From: Minisyncoccota bacterium
GTDB taxonomy: Bacteria > Patescibacteriota > Minisyncoccia > Phycocordibacterales > UBA918
DNA: 64,000 nt
Assembly (NCBI GenBank): GCA_041688155.1
Contig: JBDNIW010000003.1
Span: 95,397-159,396 of the forward strand
Reading direction: 5' to 3'
In this document: positions 9,552-19,781 of the stretch, in pieces
Position numbering within the stretch: position 1 is the stretch's first letter
Layout of the letters: the number at the start of each line of letters is the position of its first letter
Translations under genes and position numbers: made by a program
Notes under the pieces: model-generated
The model's input: the letters and a program-made list of their open reading frames with translations, nothing else
Database searches by the model: none
What the model was told of the DNA's origin: nothing

Positions 9552-9995
9552 ATGCCTACCAAAAAACCCGTCACCAAAAAAAGTGTCAAGACAATCGCTA
9601 AAAAAGCGACTGTGAAAAAAAAGCCAGTGGCTAAAAAAACCACCGTTAAGAAAAAAGTAACCGCTAAGAAAACCACCACCAAGAAAGCCAACAAAACTCC
9701 CAAGGCGACTGCGATGAAAAAACCGGTCAAAGACTTGGTATTTGCGTCTGACCAAGAATCATTCTGGGTCCAGAACGGTGAGGTTCTCAACAGTCTGATG
9801 GCTCTCAACGACGCGTTTGCTAACATGGACAAAGACATTTACCAGTTCCATGCCCATGGCGACCGCAACGACTTTTCTATTTGGGTGGACACGGTGCTGA
9901 GCGACGCTGCATGTGCAGCTGATTTGAAGAAAGCCAAAACGCAAAAAAGTGCCCGGACAATCGTGGTGAAACATCTTAAACTGTATTCAATCTAG
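9552..9995 (+). CDS. lysine-rich histone H1-like / HU-tail protein with unknown C-terminal domain
   Basis: N-terminal ~55 aa of KK(A/T)(T/V) repeats, then a ~90-aa globular domain; A7-A8 homopolymer runs in the coding sequence. Confidence 0.55.
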   Translation: MPTKKPVTKKSVKTIAKKATVKKKPVAKKTTVKKKVTAKKTTTKKANKTPKATAMKKPVKDLVFASDQESFWVQNGEVLNSLMALNDAFANMDKDIYQFHAHGDRNDFSIWVDTVLSDAACAADLKKAKTQKSARTIVVKHLKLYSI

Positions 9996-9998
9996 CAT

Positions 9999-11981
9999 AT
10001 GGCTCGGTCGGTCACGGTCGGAAATGGCAATGTGCTCGTTGGATTAGATAACCGCGGGCAGGTTCGTGACTTGTACTATCCGTTTGTTGGAGAAGCAAAC
10101 CACGTCAGTGGCGCGAGCGGGAATTATGTCCATCGCGTTGGGGTGTTTGTTGATGGCAAGATGTCGTGGCTTGACGACCCAGCCTGGCGGGTGACCATTG
10201 GTGGTGAGGAGCATACCTGCGTCGGGTCTATGTTCGCGGAGAATCGCGAGCTGGGGATTACGCTCGCTAGTCGAGACACGGTGCACAATGAGCATGATGT
10301 GTTTTTGCGACACTTTACTATCACCAACAGTGGCGACCGCACGCGCGAAGTGAAACTGTTTCTCGCTCAACAATTTAGAATCTATGAATCCAGACGCGGT
10401 GACACCGGGTACTTTGACCCGCGTGTAGGGGCGATAGTGCACTACAAAGGCGAGACGACGCTCCTGGTCAACGCCTACGCTAACGGTAAGCAATTTAAAG
10501 AATACAACATCGGTCTGTTTGGAATCGAAGGTAAAGAGGGGACGTGGCTCGATGCTGAAGATGGTCGACTTGAAAGTAATCCAATTGAGCACGGGTCGGT
10601 TGATTCCGTTTTGGCGCTGACCTTTAATCTGGAGGCTGGTGAATCTAATCAGGCCCACTACTGGATTGTCTGTGCCAAATCTGTGTCGGAGGCTCACACT
10701 CTCGATGAACTCGTTTTGGATGAGACCCCTGACGCGTTGATTACTTCAACTGATGCATACTGGACAGCGTGGTTAGGTAAAGACAATCGTGACATGACCG
10801 CCCTGCCGGCTTCATTGCGGACGCTCTACAAGCGTTCTTTGATGATTATGCGGGTGCACACGGATAACCGTGGCGGCACCATTGCCAGTAGCGACACTGA
10901 CATGTTGCACCATGGGCGCGATACCTACAGCTACGTCTGGCCGCGCGATGGCGCAATGATCAGTTTGGCTTTTGATAGGGCTGGGTACCGTGATGTGACG
11001 CGGAGATTTTTTGAATTCATGGCTCGATGTCAGGAACCAGGTGGGTACCTGATGCACAAGTACCGCACTGATGGCGTGCTCGGCAGTAGTTGGCACCCCT
11101 GGATTATTAATGGAGAAGCACAGCTACCCATCCAAGAAGACGAGACCGCTTCGATTCTGTTTGCATTGTGGAAACACTACGAGCAATACAAAGACATTGA
11201 GTTCATCGAGAGTCTGTATAACAGCTTTATCGAACCAGCAGCAGAATTCATGTGTGAGTACATCGAGTCGACAACTGGGCTCCCGCAGGCGTCATTTGAT
11301 CTCTGGGAGGAGAAGTACGGTACTTCAACTTATACTGCTGCCAGTACCTACGCTGGCCTGATGGCGGCGGCTAAATTCGCCCAGTTGCTCGGCAAAGCTG
11401 GTCCCGCCCGTACGTTCGAAGCGGTCGCCGGCCGGATCAAAACTGCGATTGGTGATGTATTATTTGATAAAAAAACCGGCACGTTTGTAAAACATGTGCT
11501 GCACGTTGACGATGAACTCCAGTACGATCGAGTAATCGACACGAGTAGTCTGTATGGATTACAACTGTTTGAAGTATTTGATCTCGATGATGAACGGATG
11601 GTCAGTATGGTCAAAGCCGTAGAAGCAAAACTTCAGGTCCACGGCGCAGCCAAAGGGTTCATCCGCTACGAAGGTGACACCTATTACACCCAGCAATCAG
11701 CCGGCAGCCCCAACCCGTGGGTCATCTGTACGCTCTGGATTGCCCGGTACTACATAGAAATTGCCAAAACCAAGGAGGACCTCGCATACCCGTTAGAAAT
11801 CCTAGAGTGGACCTGCAGTCACGCCAGCACCAGCGGAACCCTGTCAGAACAAATGCAGCCAGATACTAGAGAGCACCTCAGCGCCTCACCCCTAGTCTGG
11901 AGCCACGCCGAGTTCGTCTTAGCAGCACTAGCCTATGTAGAAAAGGCGGAGGAGTTGGAAGGGGAGACACTATCAAAGTAA
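9999..11981 (+). CDS. GH15-type glucoamylase/glucodextranase-like hydrolase
   Basis: 660 aa; GH15 (alpha/alpha)6-barrel motif WPRDGAMISLAF; archaeal-type N-terminal beta domain. Confidence 0.7.
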   Translation: MARSVTVGNGNVLVGLDNRGQVRDLYYPFVGEANHVSGASGNYVHRVGVFVDGKMSWLDDPAWRVTIGGEEHTCVGSMFAENRELGITLASRDTVHNEHDVFLRHFTITNSGDRTREVKLFLAQQFRIYESRRGDTGYFDPRVGAIVHYKGETTLLVNAYANGKQFKEYNIGLFGIEGKEGTWLDAEDGRLESNPIEHGSVDSVLALTFNLEAGESNQAHYWIVCAKSVSEAHTLDELVLDETPDALITSTDAYWTAWLGKDNRDMTALPASLRTLYKRSLMIMRVHTDNRGGTIASSDTDMLHHGRDTYSYVWPRDGAMISLAFDRAGYRDVTRRFFEFMARCQEPGGYLMHKYRTDGVLGSSWHPWIINGEAQLPIQEDETASILFALWKHYEQYKDIEFIESLYNSFIEPAAEFMCEYIESTTGLPQASFDLWEEKYGTSTYTAASTYAGLMAAAKFAQLLGKAGPARTFEAVAGRIKTAIGDVLFDKKTGTFVKHVLHVDDELQYDRVIDTSSLYGLQLFEVFDLDDERMVSMVKAVEAKLQVHGAAKGFIRYEGDTYYTQQSAGSPNPWVICTLWIARYYIEIAKTKEDLAYPLEILEWTCSHASTSGTLSEQMQPDTREHLSASPLVWSHAEFVLAALAYVEKAEELEGETLSK

Positions 11982-11987
11982 ACCGCG

Positions 11988-12857
11988 TCAAAACTCTTTC
12001 CTCCAGCGTTGGGTTTCGGTATTAAATTCTCCAATCTGGGTGCGGTGGATTGACCAGGCTAGACTAGAGGTTGGTGCGACTAGTTGCTTACCGATCAGTT
12101 TTGCTAACGTGCGCATATAAGTGCCGCTGCTGGCGGTGCAGGTGAAATGGGCGATGGTATATTCATCAGGAAGTGACAACTGGCCGACATCCGATGTCCA
12201 ACGGTTGTTTTTGATTTGGTCCCAGTCTTGGCGCACATCTATCCGGCGGAAGTCGTTGCCGAGGGTTTTACTAGCTTCGGTTACTTCTGGGATAGTGTCG
12301 ATTTTGGCTCGAGCTTCGGCGCAGACAGCTGTTCGAGTTTTGGTTTCGATATTGTCCAGTTGCAAGGAATAGATAGTTGAGGCTTTGGTTGGGATGGAGA
12401 TCTCATGGAGGCGGCCTTTGAGCGTCCACGTATGTAATGGTTTGCCTTGTACGGTTTTGGATGAAAAGTGGGGGTACGGGAGTTCGATGTCTCCAGTGAG
12501 ATTGGCACAAATGTTCCTAAGCTGAGTTTCAATAGCTGGCACGCCCTCAGGCGGCGGGTTGGTTTCATAGGATGACTCTACGTGCAGCCGCCCCAACACA
12601 TCATGCGTATCAGACCCAATCCCAAACAACACCGAAAACTGGTAGGTTTTGTCAAGTGCGAGATACTGCTCTTTGCGTTTGCACTCTTCGCCAATGAGCA
12701 CGAGTAACTTACCTGACGCCATTGGGTCGAGGCGACCGGCGTAGGTCAGCGGGAGGCTGGCATACTCGGACGGCTGCGTCTGGCGCCACACCTCCATAGA
12801 CTGCAGCGGCGTTTGTCCGACCGCTTTGTCCAGTACTACATAAGAGGGGAGTTCCAT
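11988..12857 (-). CDS. truB: tRNA pseudouridine synthase, TruB family
   Basis: AGRLDPMASGKLLVLIGEECK...DKTYQFSVLFGIGSDTHDVLG matches TruB catalytic-Asp and TDT motifs; start taken at internal MELPSYVVLDKA. Confidence 0.65.
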   Translation of the reverse strand: MELPSYVVLDKAVGQTPLQSMEVWRQTQPSEYASLPLTYAGRLDPMASGKLLVLIGEECKRKEQYLALDKTYQFSVLFGIGSDTHDVLGRLHVESSYETNPPPEGVPAIETQLRNICANLTGDIELPYPHFSSKTVQGKPLHTWTLKGRLHEISIPTKASTIYSLQLDNIETKTRTAVCAEARAKIDTIPEVTEASKTLGNDFRRIDVRQDWDQIKNNRWTSDVGQLSLPDEYTIAHFTCTASSGTYMRTLAKLIGKQLVAPTSSLAWSIHRTQIGEFNTETQRWRKEF

Positions 12858-12884
12858 AAATGTGAGCCTACCATAATTCCAAAG

Positions 12885-12905
12885 TGTCCAACACCGAGTG
12901 TCGGA
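12885..12905. promoter_or_regulatory. imperfect palindrome motif copy 1 (GTCCAACACCGAGTGTCGGAC)
   Basis: Similar motif at 12974-12994 (ATCCAACACTCGATGTTGGAT); both in the truB / V-ATPase divergent region. Confidence 0.45.
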
Positions 12906-12994
12906 CAAATCAAAATATAACTGACTGATGGTAACTGATCACGTATATATAATTAGTTATTTTTCGATTCCTTATCCAACACTCGATGTTGGAT

Positions 12995-13036
12995 AAAAAA
13001 TGTCTATGTATCATATATGATACATAGACATTTTTT
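12995..13036. promoter_or_regulatory. 42-bp perfect palindrome A6-N30-T6
   Basis: aaaaaatgtctatgtatcatatatgatacatagacatttttt; RC-identical over 42 bp. Confidence 0.8.
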
Positions 13037-13267
13037 AGGTTTTAACCTAGTGGATCACCTCCGAGGAACGAATTAATAATCAAAAGCAAGACAAACCCAC
13101 CAATCGCCAGCAAGATAAATTTCATTGGTTTAGTATAGCAGTGAGGTGGGTAACTTGGTGCCGGTAGAACGTGTGGCCAGGGGGTTACTTATTCAGGCTG
13201 CCAACTTGACTACTGGTCTCAGAAGAGTATTATGCTAACGCCTAAATTATTGAATTTTTCTCATTAT

Positions 13268-13570
13268 ATGACTGTTTTAGATCACGTGTTGCAAGCCGAA
13301 CAGGATGCTGCCACCAAGGTTGCGACGGCTACAGCTGCAGCCACCCAACAGATTGCCGATGCTAAAAACGTCTCAGCCGCTGCTATTGCTGCAGAAAAAA
13401 TGCGTCTGGCGGCACACGAAACAGTGACACTGGCTGAACACACGAACACAGTAGAACTCAACTCCAAAACAATCACTACCCAAGCTACCAAAGACGCCGC
13501 TGCAATCAGCGCAGCGTTTGCTGAAAAAAAGACCGAACTAGAACGAAAGATTAACGAGGCTCTTTCGTAA
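13268..13570 (+). CDS. atpH: V/A-type ATPase subunit H (G/H stalk)
   Basis: 100 aa, Ala/Gln-rich coiled coil; first gene of the operon. Confidence 0.6.
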   Translation: MTVLDHVLQAEQDAATKVATATAAATQQIADAKNVSAAAIAAEKMRLAAHETVTLAEHTNTVELNSKTITTQATKDAAAISAAFAEKKTELERKINEALS

Positions 13571-13578
13571 TACATTTT

Positions 13579-15552
13579 ATGGCTGTTGTTACAATGCAAA
13601 AAGTTCAGATTGTCGTCCACCGTACTGATACGGAGACCCTTCTGCAAACCTTGCAACGAGCGGGAGTAATGGAGTTTACTGAAATCGACGCCTCCAAAAT
13701 CACCCCGGCAACTGCTGAGTTCCCGCACGCCCAGCTCCTCCCGCGACTACAGCACGCGGTCGGGTTCCTGGCGCCCTACGAAGTAAAAAAAAGTCTCTGG
13801 CGAACTCTACGCGACGGCACCACCACTGACCTGACCGAAGTGGCGGTAAAGAAATACACCACTGATACTGACGCTGTGTCACTAATCGTGGTGGACCAAG
13901 AGACACTCCAAGTTGAGTTGGCCGAAAAAACCAATGCTGTTCGACTGCTCACCGAGCAAGTGGCCTTATTGCAGATCTGGAAAGTGGTTCCACTTAAATT
14001 GTCTCACCTCAAAACTGCTACCACCTACACAATCCTCGTCACCCGACCAAAAGACGCACCCAAAAACCCCAAACCGCTCGAGGCATTCCTAACTGGTTTC
14101 CTTACAACCAACGACATAACTGCACAGCTAACCACCGTTGAAAAGAACCCTAATCTGTGTGCTGTCACGGTGGCAGCCGATACCATCACAGCGACCGACC
14201 TACAAAAGCAGTTAGAAGCTAAACAACTGCAAATCATCACTGCACCGGAAGGGTTTGAATCTGCCGAAATTGAACTGGTTGCTACCGAAGAGAAATTGGC
14301 GGCGGGGAACGGAGAGTTGGGGGTTGTGCACGACCAGGCGGAGCATTTTGCCCACACCCATCTGCGGCAGCTGCGGATTGCAGCTGAGGTACTCTCGTGG
14401 CAGCGCGATCGGTTCGCGACTATTGCGGTGGCTGGAGCGACCGCTAGTAGTGTGGTATTTGAGGGGTGGATGAATGCATCCATGCAAACTGCCGTGGAAG
14501 CCGAATTTGCGAAGCAACACATCGCAGCGCTCGTCAGCGAACTTGATTTGACTGAGGGTGAGGAGCCGCCGGTTGATATTGTTAACAACTCTTTCATCCA
14601 GCCGTTTGAAGTCGTGACCCGATTGTATGGTATGCCTGGTCACCGTGACCTCGATCCAACGTTATTCTTGGCGGGATTCTTTTTCCTGTTTTTTGGTCTG
14701 TCACTGACCGACGTTGGATACGGGATTTTCTTGATGGCAGTCGCGACGATCATCCTGACGTTGTTCAAAGTCGCCCCCATCGTGCGGACGTTTGCCAAAC
14801 TGCTGCTCTTTATGGGGTTGGGGTCGGCGCTGGTCGGTTTACTATTTGGGGGGTACCTCGGTATCGCGGCTGAATCACTGCCGTCTTGGTTGCGTGCCAT
14901 CCAGGTGTTTGATCCGATTGGCAACCCCCTACCGGTGTTCTACCTAGCGCTTGGGTTGGGGGTATTCCAGGTGATGGTGGGGATGCTACTCAAGATCTAC
15001 AGTGATGCCCGCAACGGAGAACTGACGAACGGTATTTTGGACCAAGGTCCGTGGCTGTTTGTGTTTTGTGTCGCGATTGCGTATCTTGGTGTCTTCACTG
15101 GATACGTTGATTTTGCGACCCCAGAACAGTTAATCAATTTGATTTACGTTGGGTTGATTGCAGTTGTGCTTGCCAGTGGTCGCAAGGGTCAGACTATCCT
15201 CGAGAAAGTGCAGTCCGCTGCACTGAGTCTGTACGCCAGTATCGGATATTTTTCTGACATTCTGTCGTACTCACGTCTCTTGGCCCTTGGTCTTGCGACC
15301 ACTGCGCTGGCATTTGCCGTCAATCTCATTGCTGAGATTGTCAGTGGGACACCGTACGTTGGTCCGGTGCTCGCTATCGTAGTGTTGGTGATAGGTCACC
15401 TCTTTACCTTGGCCGTAAACACGTTGGGTGCCTTCATCCATAGTGCTCGGCTGCAGTTTGTAGAGTTTTTTGGCAAGTTTATTGCTGGAACCGGTCGGGA
15501 GTTTAAACCTCTGAAACGTACGGCGCTACACGTGGTGGTGTCAGATGAATAG
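13579..15552 (+). CDS. atpI: V/A-type ATPase subunit I (a, 116-kDa)
   Basis: 657 aa; soluble N-terminal half and a C-terminal half with ~7 TM segments. Confidence 0.8.
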   Translation: MAVVTMQKVQIVVHRTDTETLLQTLQRAGVMEFTEIDASKITPATAEFPHAQLLPRLQHAVGFLAPYEVKKSLWRTLRDGTTTDLTEVAVKKYTTDTDAVSLIVVDQETLQVELAEKTNAVRLLTEQVALLQIWKVVPLKLSHLKTATTYTILVTRPKDAPKNPKPLEAFLTGFLTTNDITAQLTTVEKNPNLCAVTVAADTITATDLQKQLEAKQLQIITAPEGFESAEIELVATEEKLAAGNGELGVVHDQAEHFAHTHLRQLRIAAEVLSWQRDRFATIAVAGATASSVVFEGWMNASMQTAVEAEFAKQHIAALVSELDLTEGEEPPVDIVNNSFIQPFEVVTRLYGMPGHRDLDPTLFLAGFFFLFFGLSLTDVGYGIFLMAVATIILTLFKVAPIVRTFAKLLLFMGLGSALVGLLFGGYLGIAAESLPSWLRAIQVFDPIGNPLPVFYLALGLGVFQVMVGMLLKIYSDARNGELTNGILDQGPWLFVFCVAIAYLGVFTGYVDFATPEQLINLIYVGLIAVVLASGRKGQTILEKVQSAALSLYASIGYFSDILSYSRLLALGLATTALAFAVNLIAEIVSGTPYVGPVLAIVVLVIGHLFTLAVNTLGAFIHSARLQFVEFFGKFIAGTGREFKPLKRTALHVVVSDE

Positions 15553-15578
15553 AGGTTTGAATAATTAATAAACAATAA

Positions 15579-16070
<492 letters not shown>

Positions 16071-16078
16071 GTATCAGT

Positions 16079-16642
16079 ATGACAAATTCGCTCACCACCA
16101 AAATCACCAATGATGCCGACGCGCAAATCGCTACCATTGTGGCAGCTGTCGCTGTGTCTGTGGCTGCCGTTGAGACCGAGACGAAACGTGTCATCACCGA
16201 CCTACAACGTGACGCCGAGGTACAGCTGACCAAGAAAAAAGCGCACCAAGAACTAGTTGCCACCGCCAAAGCCAATCAATCGGCCAAGATTGCCTTGGCT
16301 GCAGCCAAGCGCACCGCGATTGATGGATTGTTCGAACAGGTAGCGACAACGGTGCTCGCAGAATCTGGAGCCGAGTACGTCGCGCGGTACACCAAACGAG
16401 TACAAGCAGTGTTGCCAGCCGGAGTGGAAGTGTTCTCGGTGCAGTCGCCAGCGGATAAGGCTGACGAGACCAAAGACATCCTAACTGCGCTGGGCATACA
16501 AGCCGAAGTAATCCCGAGCCCAGCGGTGCGAGCGGGACTCATCGTCGTCGCCCGTGACGGCGTGTACGATGCTTCGTTTGATCGCACTTTGTCAGAGGTG
16601 CGACCAAACCTCGAAATGGAACTAATACAAACATCTTCATAA
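16079..16642 (+). CDS. atpE: V/A-type ATPase subunit E
   Basis: 187 aa; position and coiled-coil N-terminus typical of E. Confidence 0.65.
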   Translation: MTNSLTTKITNDADAQIATIVAAVAVSVAAVETETKRVITDLQRDAEVQLTKKKAHQELVATAKANQSAKIALAAAKRTAIDGLFEQVATTVLAESGAEYVARYTKRVQAVLPAGVEVFSVQSPADKADETKDILTALGIQAEVIPSPAVRAGLIVVARDGVYDASFDRTLSEVRPNLEMELIQTSS

Positions 16643-16644
16643 CC

Positions 16645-17625
16645 ATGCAAACGCAGTATATCTACAGTGCGAGCCGAGCGAACACACTCGCGCAATATCT
16701 ACTCACTAAAACCGACATTGATCGTTTGTTAGTAGCGGACGCTGGAGATGATTTGCAGTCTGCTCTGAAAGAAACCTACTTGGCGCCGTACGTGTTGCAG
16801 GACGCTGATATTGCAGTCGCAATCGAAGCCACCCTGATCGAAGCGAAAAAGCTCCTACACCGGATTGCCCCAGACGGTGATATGTTGCGAGTGTTGTGGT
16901 TGCAGTACGACGTCCACAACTTGCGCGTATTTGCCAAAGCCCAAGCCATCGGCAAAGGGTTCGCCGACGTGGCTCAGTTTGTGTCCGCGCGCGGGATTTA
17001 TGATCCGGCGTACTTGTACGCCATGGCCGATCGCAGTGAACTCAACCGGCTGCAAATGAGCTGGCAAGAGTCGTACACCGAGGCGGTGCGTCATGCAACT
17101 GTGGGCGACATTGACCAGGTTGATGGCGTGTTTGATCAGCTGTTCTTTGCGACAGCGACCAGGATAGCGGAGCGGTTCAAAGACCCGTTCATTAGGAAAT
17201 ATGTCCGCGCTATCGTCGACCTGTACAATCTCAAAGCCCGCCTGCGCGCTGCAACGTATGACCAAATCAAATTCAGTCCGGTGTTCATTACCGGCGGCAC
17301 GTTTGCCGAGCGTGAAATCGAGACCAAAGAACAAGTGCTGGTAGCGTTTGCTCAGCTTGGCGGTGAAGCTTTCTGGCGTATCGCCATCGAGCAGTTTGCG
17401 GCCACTGGGAACACCACCCACATCGATGCACGAGCGGACGAGTATCTGGTTGATATGTCAAAACAAGCTAGTTTCGACATGTTCAGTTCAGCCTCACTGG
17501 TGTTATTCTACTTGCAATCAAGACAGTCAGCTGCCAACGTCCGCACTATCGTTGTGGGCAAAAACAGTGGTATGAGTGAGGCTGCTATTCGATCTAATTT
17601 ACGCCTGGCCTATGTCAACAACTAA
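16645..17625 (+). CDS. atpC: V/A-type ATPase subunit C
   Basis: 326 aa; position in the operon. Confidence 0.65.
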   Translation: MQTQYIYSASRANTLAQYLLTKTDIDRLLVADAGDDLQSALKETYLAPYVLQDADIAVAIEATLIEAKKLLHRIAPDGDMLRVLWLQYDVHNLRVFAKAQAIGKGFADVAQFVSARGIYDPAYLYAMADRSELNRLQMSWQESYTEAVRHATVGDIDQVDGVFDQLFFATATRIAERFKDPFIRKYVRAIVDLYNLKARLRAATYDQIKFSPVFITGGTFAEREIETKEQVLVAFAQLGGEAFWRIAIEQFAATGNTTHIDARADEYLVDMSKQASFDMFSSASLVLFYLQSRQSAANVRTIVVGKNSGMSEAAIRSNLRLAYVNN

Positions 17626-17968
17626 CCCTAATCAGTACAAAATAGCTATTGTTGGTCCAACTGATATGGTGTCAGGGTTCCGGGCGTTGGGGGTAGAGGC
17701 GATTGATGCTCAGACCGGCGAAGCCGCGCTTGAAGAATTACGACGCATCAAAAAACTCACCCTGGATCCAGCCAGCGACGTCAAATACGCCGTTGTGTGT
17801 GTGATCGAGGATTTACTCACGAACATCGACCCCGCCGAATACGCTAAGGTAGTCAGTGGCCCCCTCCCGGCCGTCATTGTCTTACCGGGCCCAGAGGGAA
17901 GTAAAGGAGTAGCGATTGCCCGCCTCCGTCGATTAGCCGAACAGGCTGTCGGAAGCGCAATTATTTAA
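17612..17968 (+). CDS. atpF: V/A-type ATPase subunit F
   Basis: ~118 aa, KIAIVGPTDMVSGFRALGVE; start at internal ATG 17612, overlapping atpC by 14 nt. Confidence 0.7.
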   Translation: MSTTNPNQYKIAIVGPTDMVSGFRALGVEAIDAQTGEAALEELRRIKKLTLDPASDVKYAVVCVIEDLLTNIDPAEYAKVVSGPLPAVIVLPGPEGSKGVAIARLRRLAEQAVGSAII

Positions 17969-17994
17969 TCAGTCACAATTTTAATAACAGTACT

Positions 17995-19776
17995 ATGGAA
18001 ACAACAACAGACTTCACAAAAGCAGCCGGCGTCATCAAACGAGTGACCGGACCATTGGTGCGGGCAACGGGTATGAGTGAAGCTAAACTCTACGAGGTTG
18101 TTCGGGTGTCAGACGAAAAACTGATGGGTGAAATCATCGAGCTCCACGGCGATGAGGCGGCGATTCAGGTGTATGAGGAAACCGCTGGTATTGCACCAGG
18201 AGACCCGGTATACCGCACTGGTCGCGTGATGTCTGTTGCTCTAGCTCCAGGATTACTAGAATCTATTTACGACGGTGTCCAACGTCCGCTCAAAACCATC
18301 GAAGCAGTAGCGGGTAACCAATACATCAAACGAGGGATCGAAGCCGACCCGATAGATATGGCAAAAAAGTGGCCCTTCACGGCTGTAGCTAAAGTGGGAG
18401 ATGTCGTGTCAGGTGGAGACGTGCTGGGCGAGGTGCAAGAAACGTCCGTCATCGTGCACAAAGTGATGGTGCCGCCAGCGATGTCAGGTACAATCGAAGC
18501 CATCAATAGTGGCGATTTCACCGTGACTGATGAAGTAGCTACCCTACAGACTGAAAATGGTTCACAATCAGTCGCCATGCTGCAGTACTGGCCGATTCGA
18601 GTAGCGCGGCCCAAAACCGCCAAGATATTTCCAACTGAACCACTGCGAACCGGTGGCCGTTCAATTGATACATTTTTCCCCATCGCCAAGGGTGGAGCCG
18701 GGTCAATCCCGGGTCCATTTGGAGCGGGCAAAACAGTGACTCAACAGGGTATCGCCAAGTACTGTGACGCCGAGATTATCGTCTACATCGGTTGTGGTGA
18801 GCGCGGCAACGAGATGACCGAAGTACTATCAGAATTCCCGCACCTAGTTGACCCGAACACTGGCGAGAACTTGATGAAACGAACCATTCTGATTGCTAAC
18901 ACCTCAAACATGCCGGTAGCAGCGCGTGAGGCCAGTGTCTACACCGGAATCACCATCGCCGAGTATTATCGTGATATGGGCTACAACGTGGCGCTAATGG
19001 CCGACTCAACCTCACGGTGGGCTGAAGCCATGCGTGAGATTTCTGGTCGCCTAGAAGAGATGCCGGGTGAAGAAGGGTACCCAGCGTATTTGTCATCACG
19101 AACCGCTGAATTCTACGAGCGCGCTGGTATTGTTACTGCCCTGGGGAGTGAGGGACGAATCGGCTCACTGACGGTGATTGGAGCGGTGTCGCCTCCAGGT
19201 GGAGACTTGTCCGAACCAGTGTCACAAGCGACGCTACGCGTTACCAAAACGTTCTGGTCACTCGACTCAGGACTGGCGTACAAAAAACACTTCCCATCCA
19301 TCAACTGGCTAACGTCGTACTCGCTCTACGCCCCAAACTTCAAAGACTTCTGGGCGCGTGAAGTGGCACCTGATTTCTCTGACTACCGAGACGCTGCCCT
19401 CAAACTACTCGGAGAAGAATCAAAACTAATCGAAATCGTTCGACTAGTTGGGATGGAGTCACTCTCAGCTAACGATCGCTTGATCCTCGAAGTAGCGCGG
19501 ATGATGCGAGAAGATTACCTGTTCCAGGACGCCTTCTCACCAGACGATGCGTACACACCACTGAAACGTCAGTACGGTATGTTGAAATCAATCATGACGT
19601 TCTATGATGCTGGACTACCAGTAGTGACTCTGCCTGACTTTGAATTCAAAAAATTCACCAGCCTGAAATGTATCGCGCAAGTAGCGACCCTCAAAGAGCA
19701 GCTCGATTGGGAGATCAAAGACTTCGAAGCCTACCAAACCATCATCAAGGACGAAATTAATAGCCTGGTAAACTAA
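17995..19776 (+). CDS. atpA: V/A-type ATPase catalytic subunit A
   Basis: 593 aa; P-loop GPFGAGKTV and A-subunit non-homologous insert. Confidence 0.9.
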   Translation: METTTDFTKAAGVIKRVTGPLVRATGMSEAKLYEVVRVSDEKLMGEIIELHGDEAAIQVYEETAGIAPGDPVYRTGRVMSVALAPGLLESIYDGVQRPLKTIEAVAGNQYIKRGIEADPIDMAKKWPFTAVAKVGDVVSGGDVLGEVQETSVIVHKVMVPPAMSGTIEAINSGDFTVTDEVATLQTENGSQSVAMLQYWPIRVARPKTAKIFPTEPLRTGGRSIDTFFPIAKGGAGSIPGPFGAGKTVTQQGIAKYCDAEIIVYIGCGERGNEMTEVLSEFPHLVDPNTGENLMKRTILIANTSNMPVAAREASVYTGITIAEYYRDMGYNVALMADSTSRWAEAMREISGRLEEMPGEEGYPAYLSSRTAEFYERAGIVTALGSEGRIGSLTVIGAVSPPGGDLSEPVSQATLRVTKTFWSLDSGLAYKKHFPSINWLTSYSLYAPNFKDFWAREVAPDFSDYRDAALKLLGEESKLIEIVRLVGMESLSANDRLILEVARMMREDYLFQDAFSPDDAYTPLKRQYGMLKSIMTFYDAGLPVVTLPDFEFKKFTSLKCIAQVATLKEQLDWEIKDFEAYQTIIKDEINSLVN

Positions 19777-19781
19777 TTTGT

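Noticed and set aside
13046-13062. tggatcacctccgagg resembling the 16S rRNA 3-prime end (anti-SD GGATCACCTCCTT)
   Set aside because: Only ~11 nt of similarity with no surrounding rRNA-like sequence; judged coincidental.
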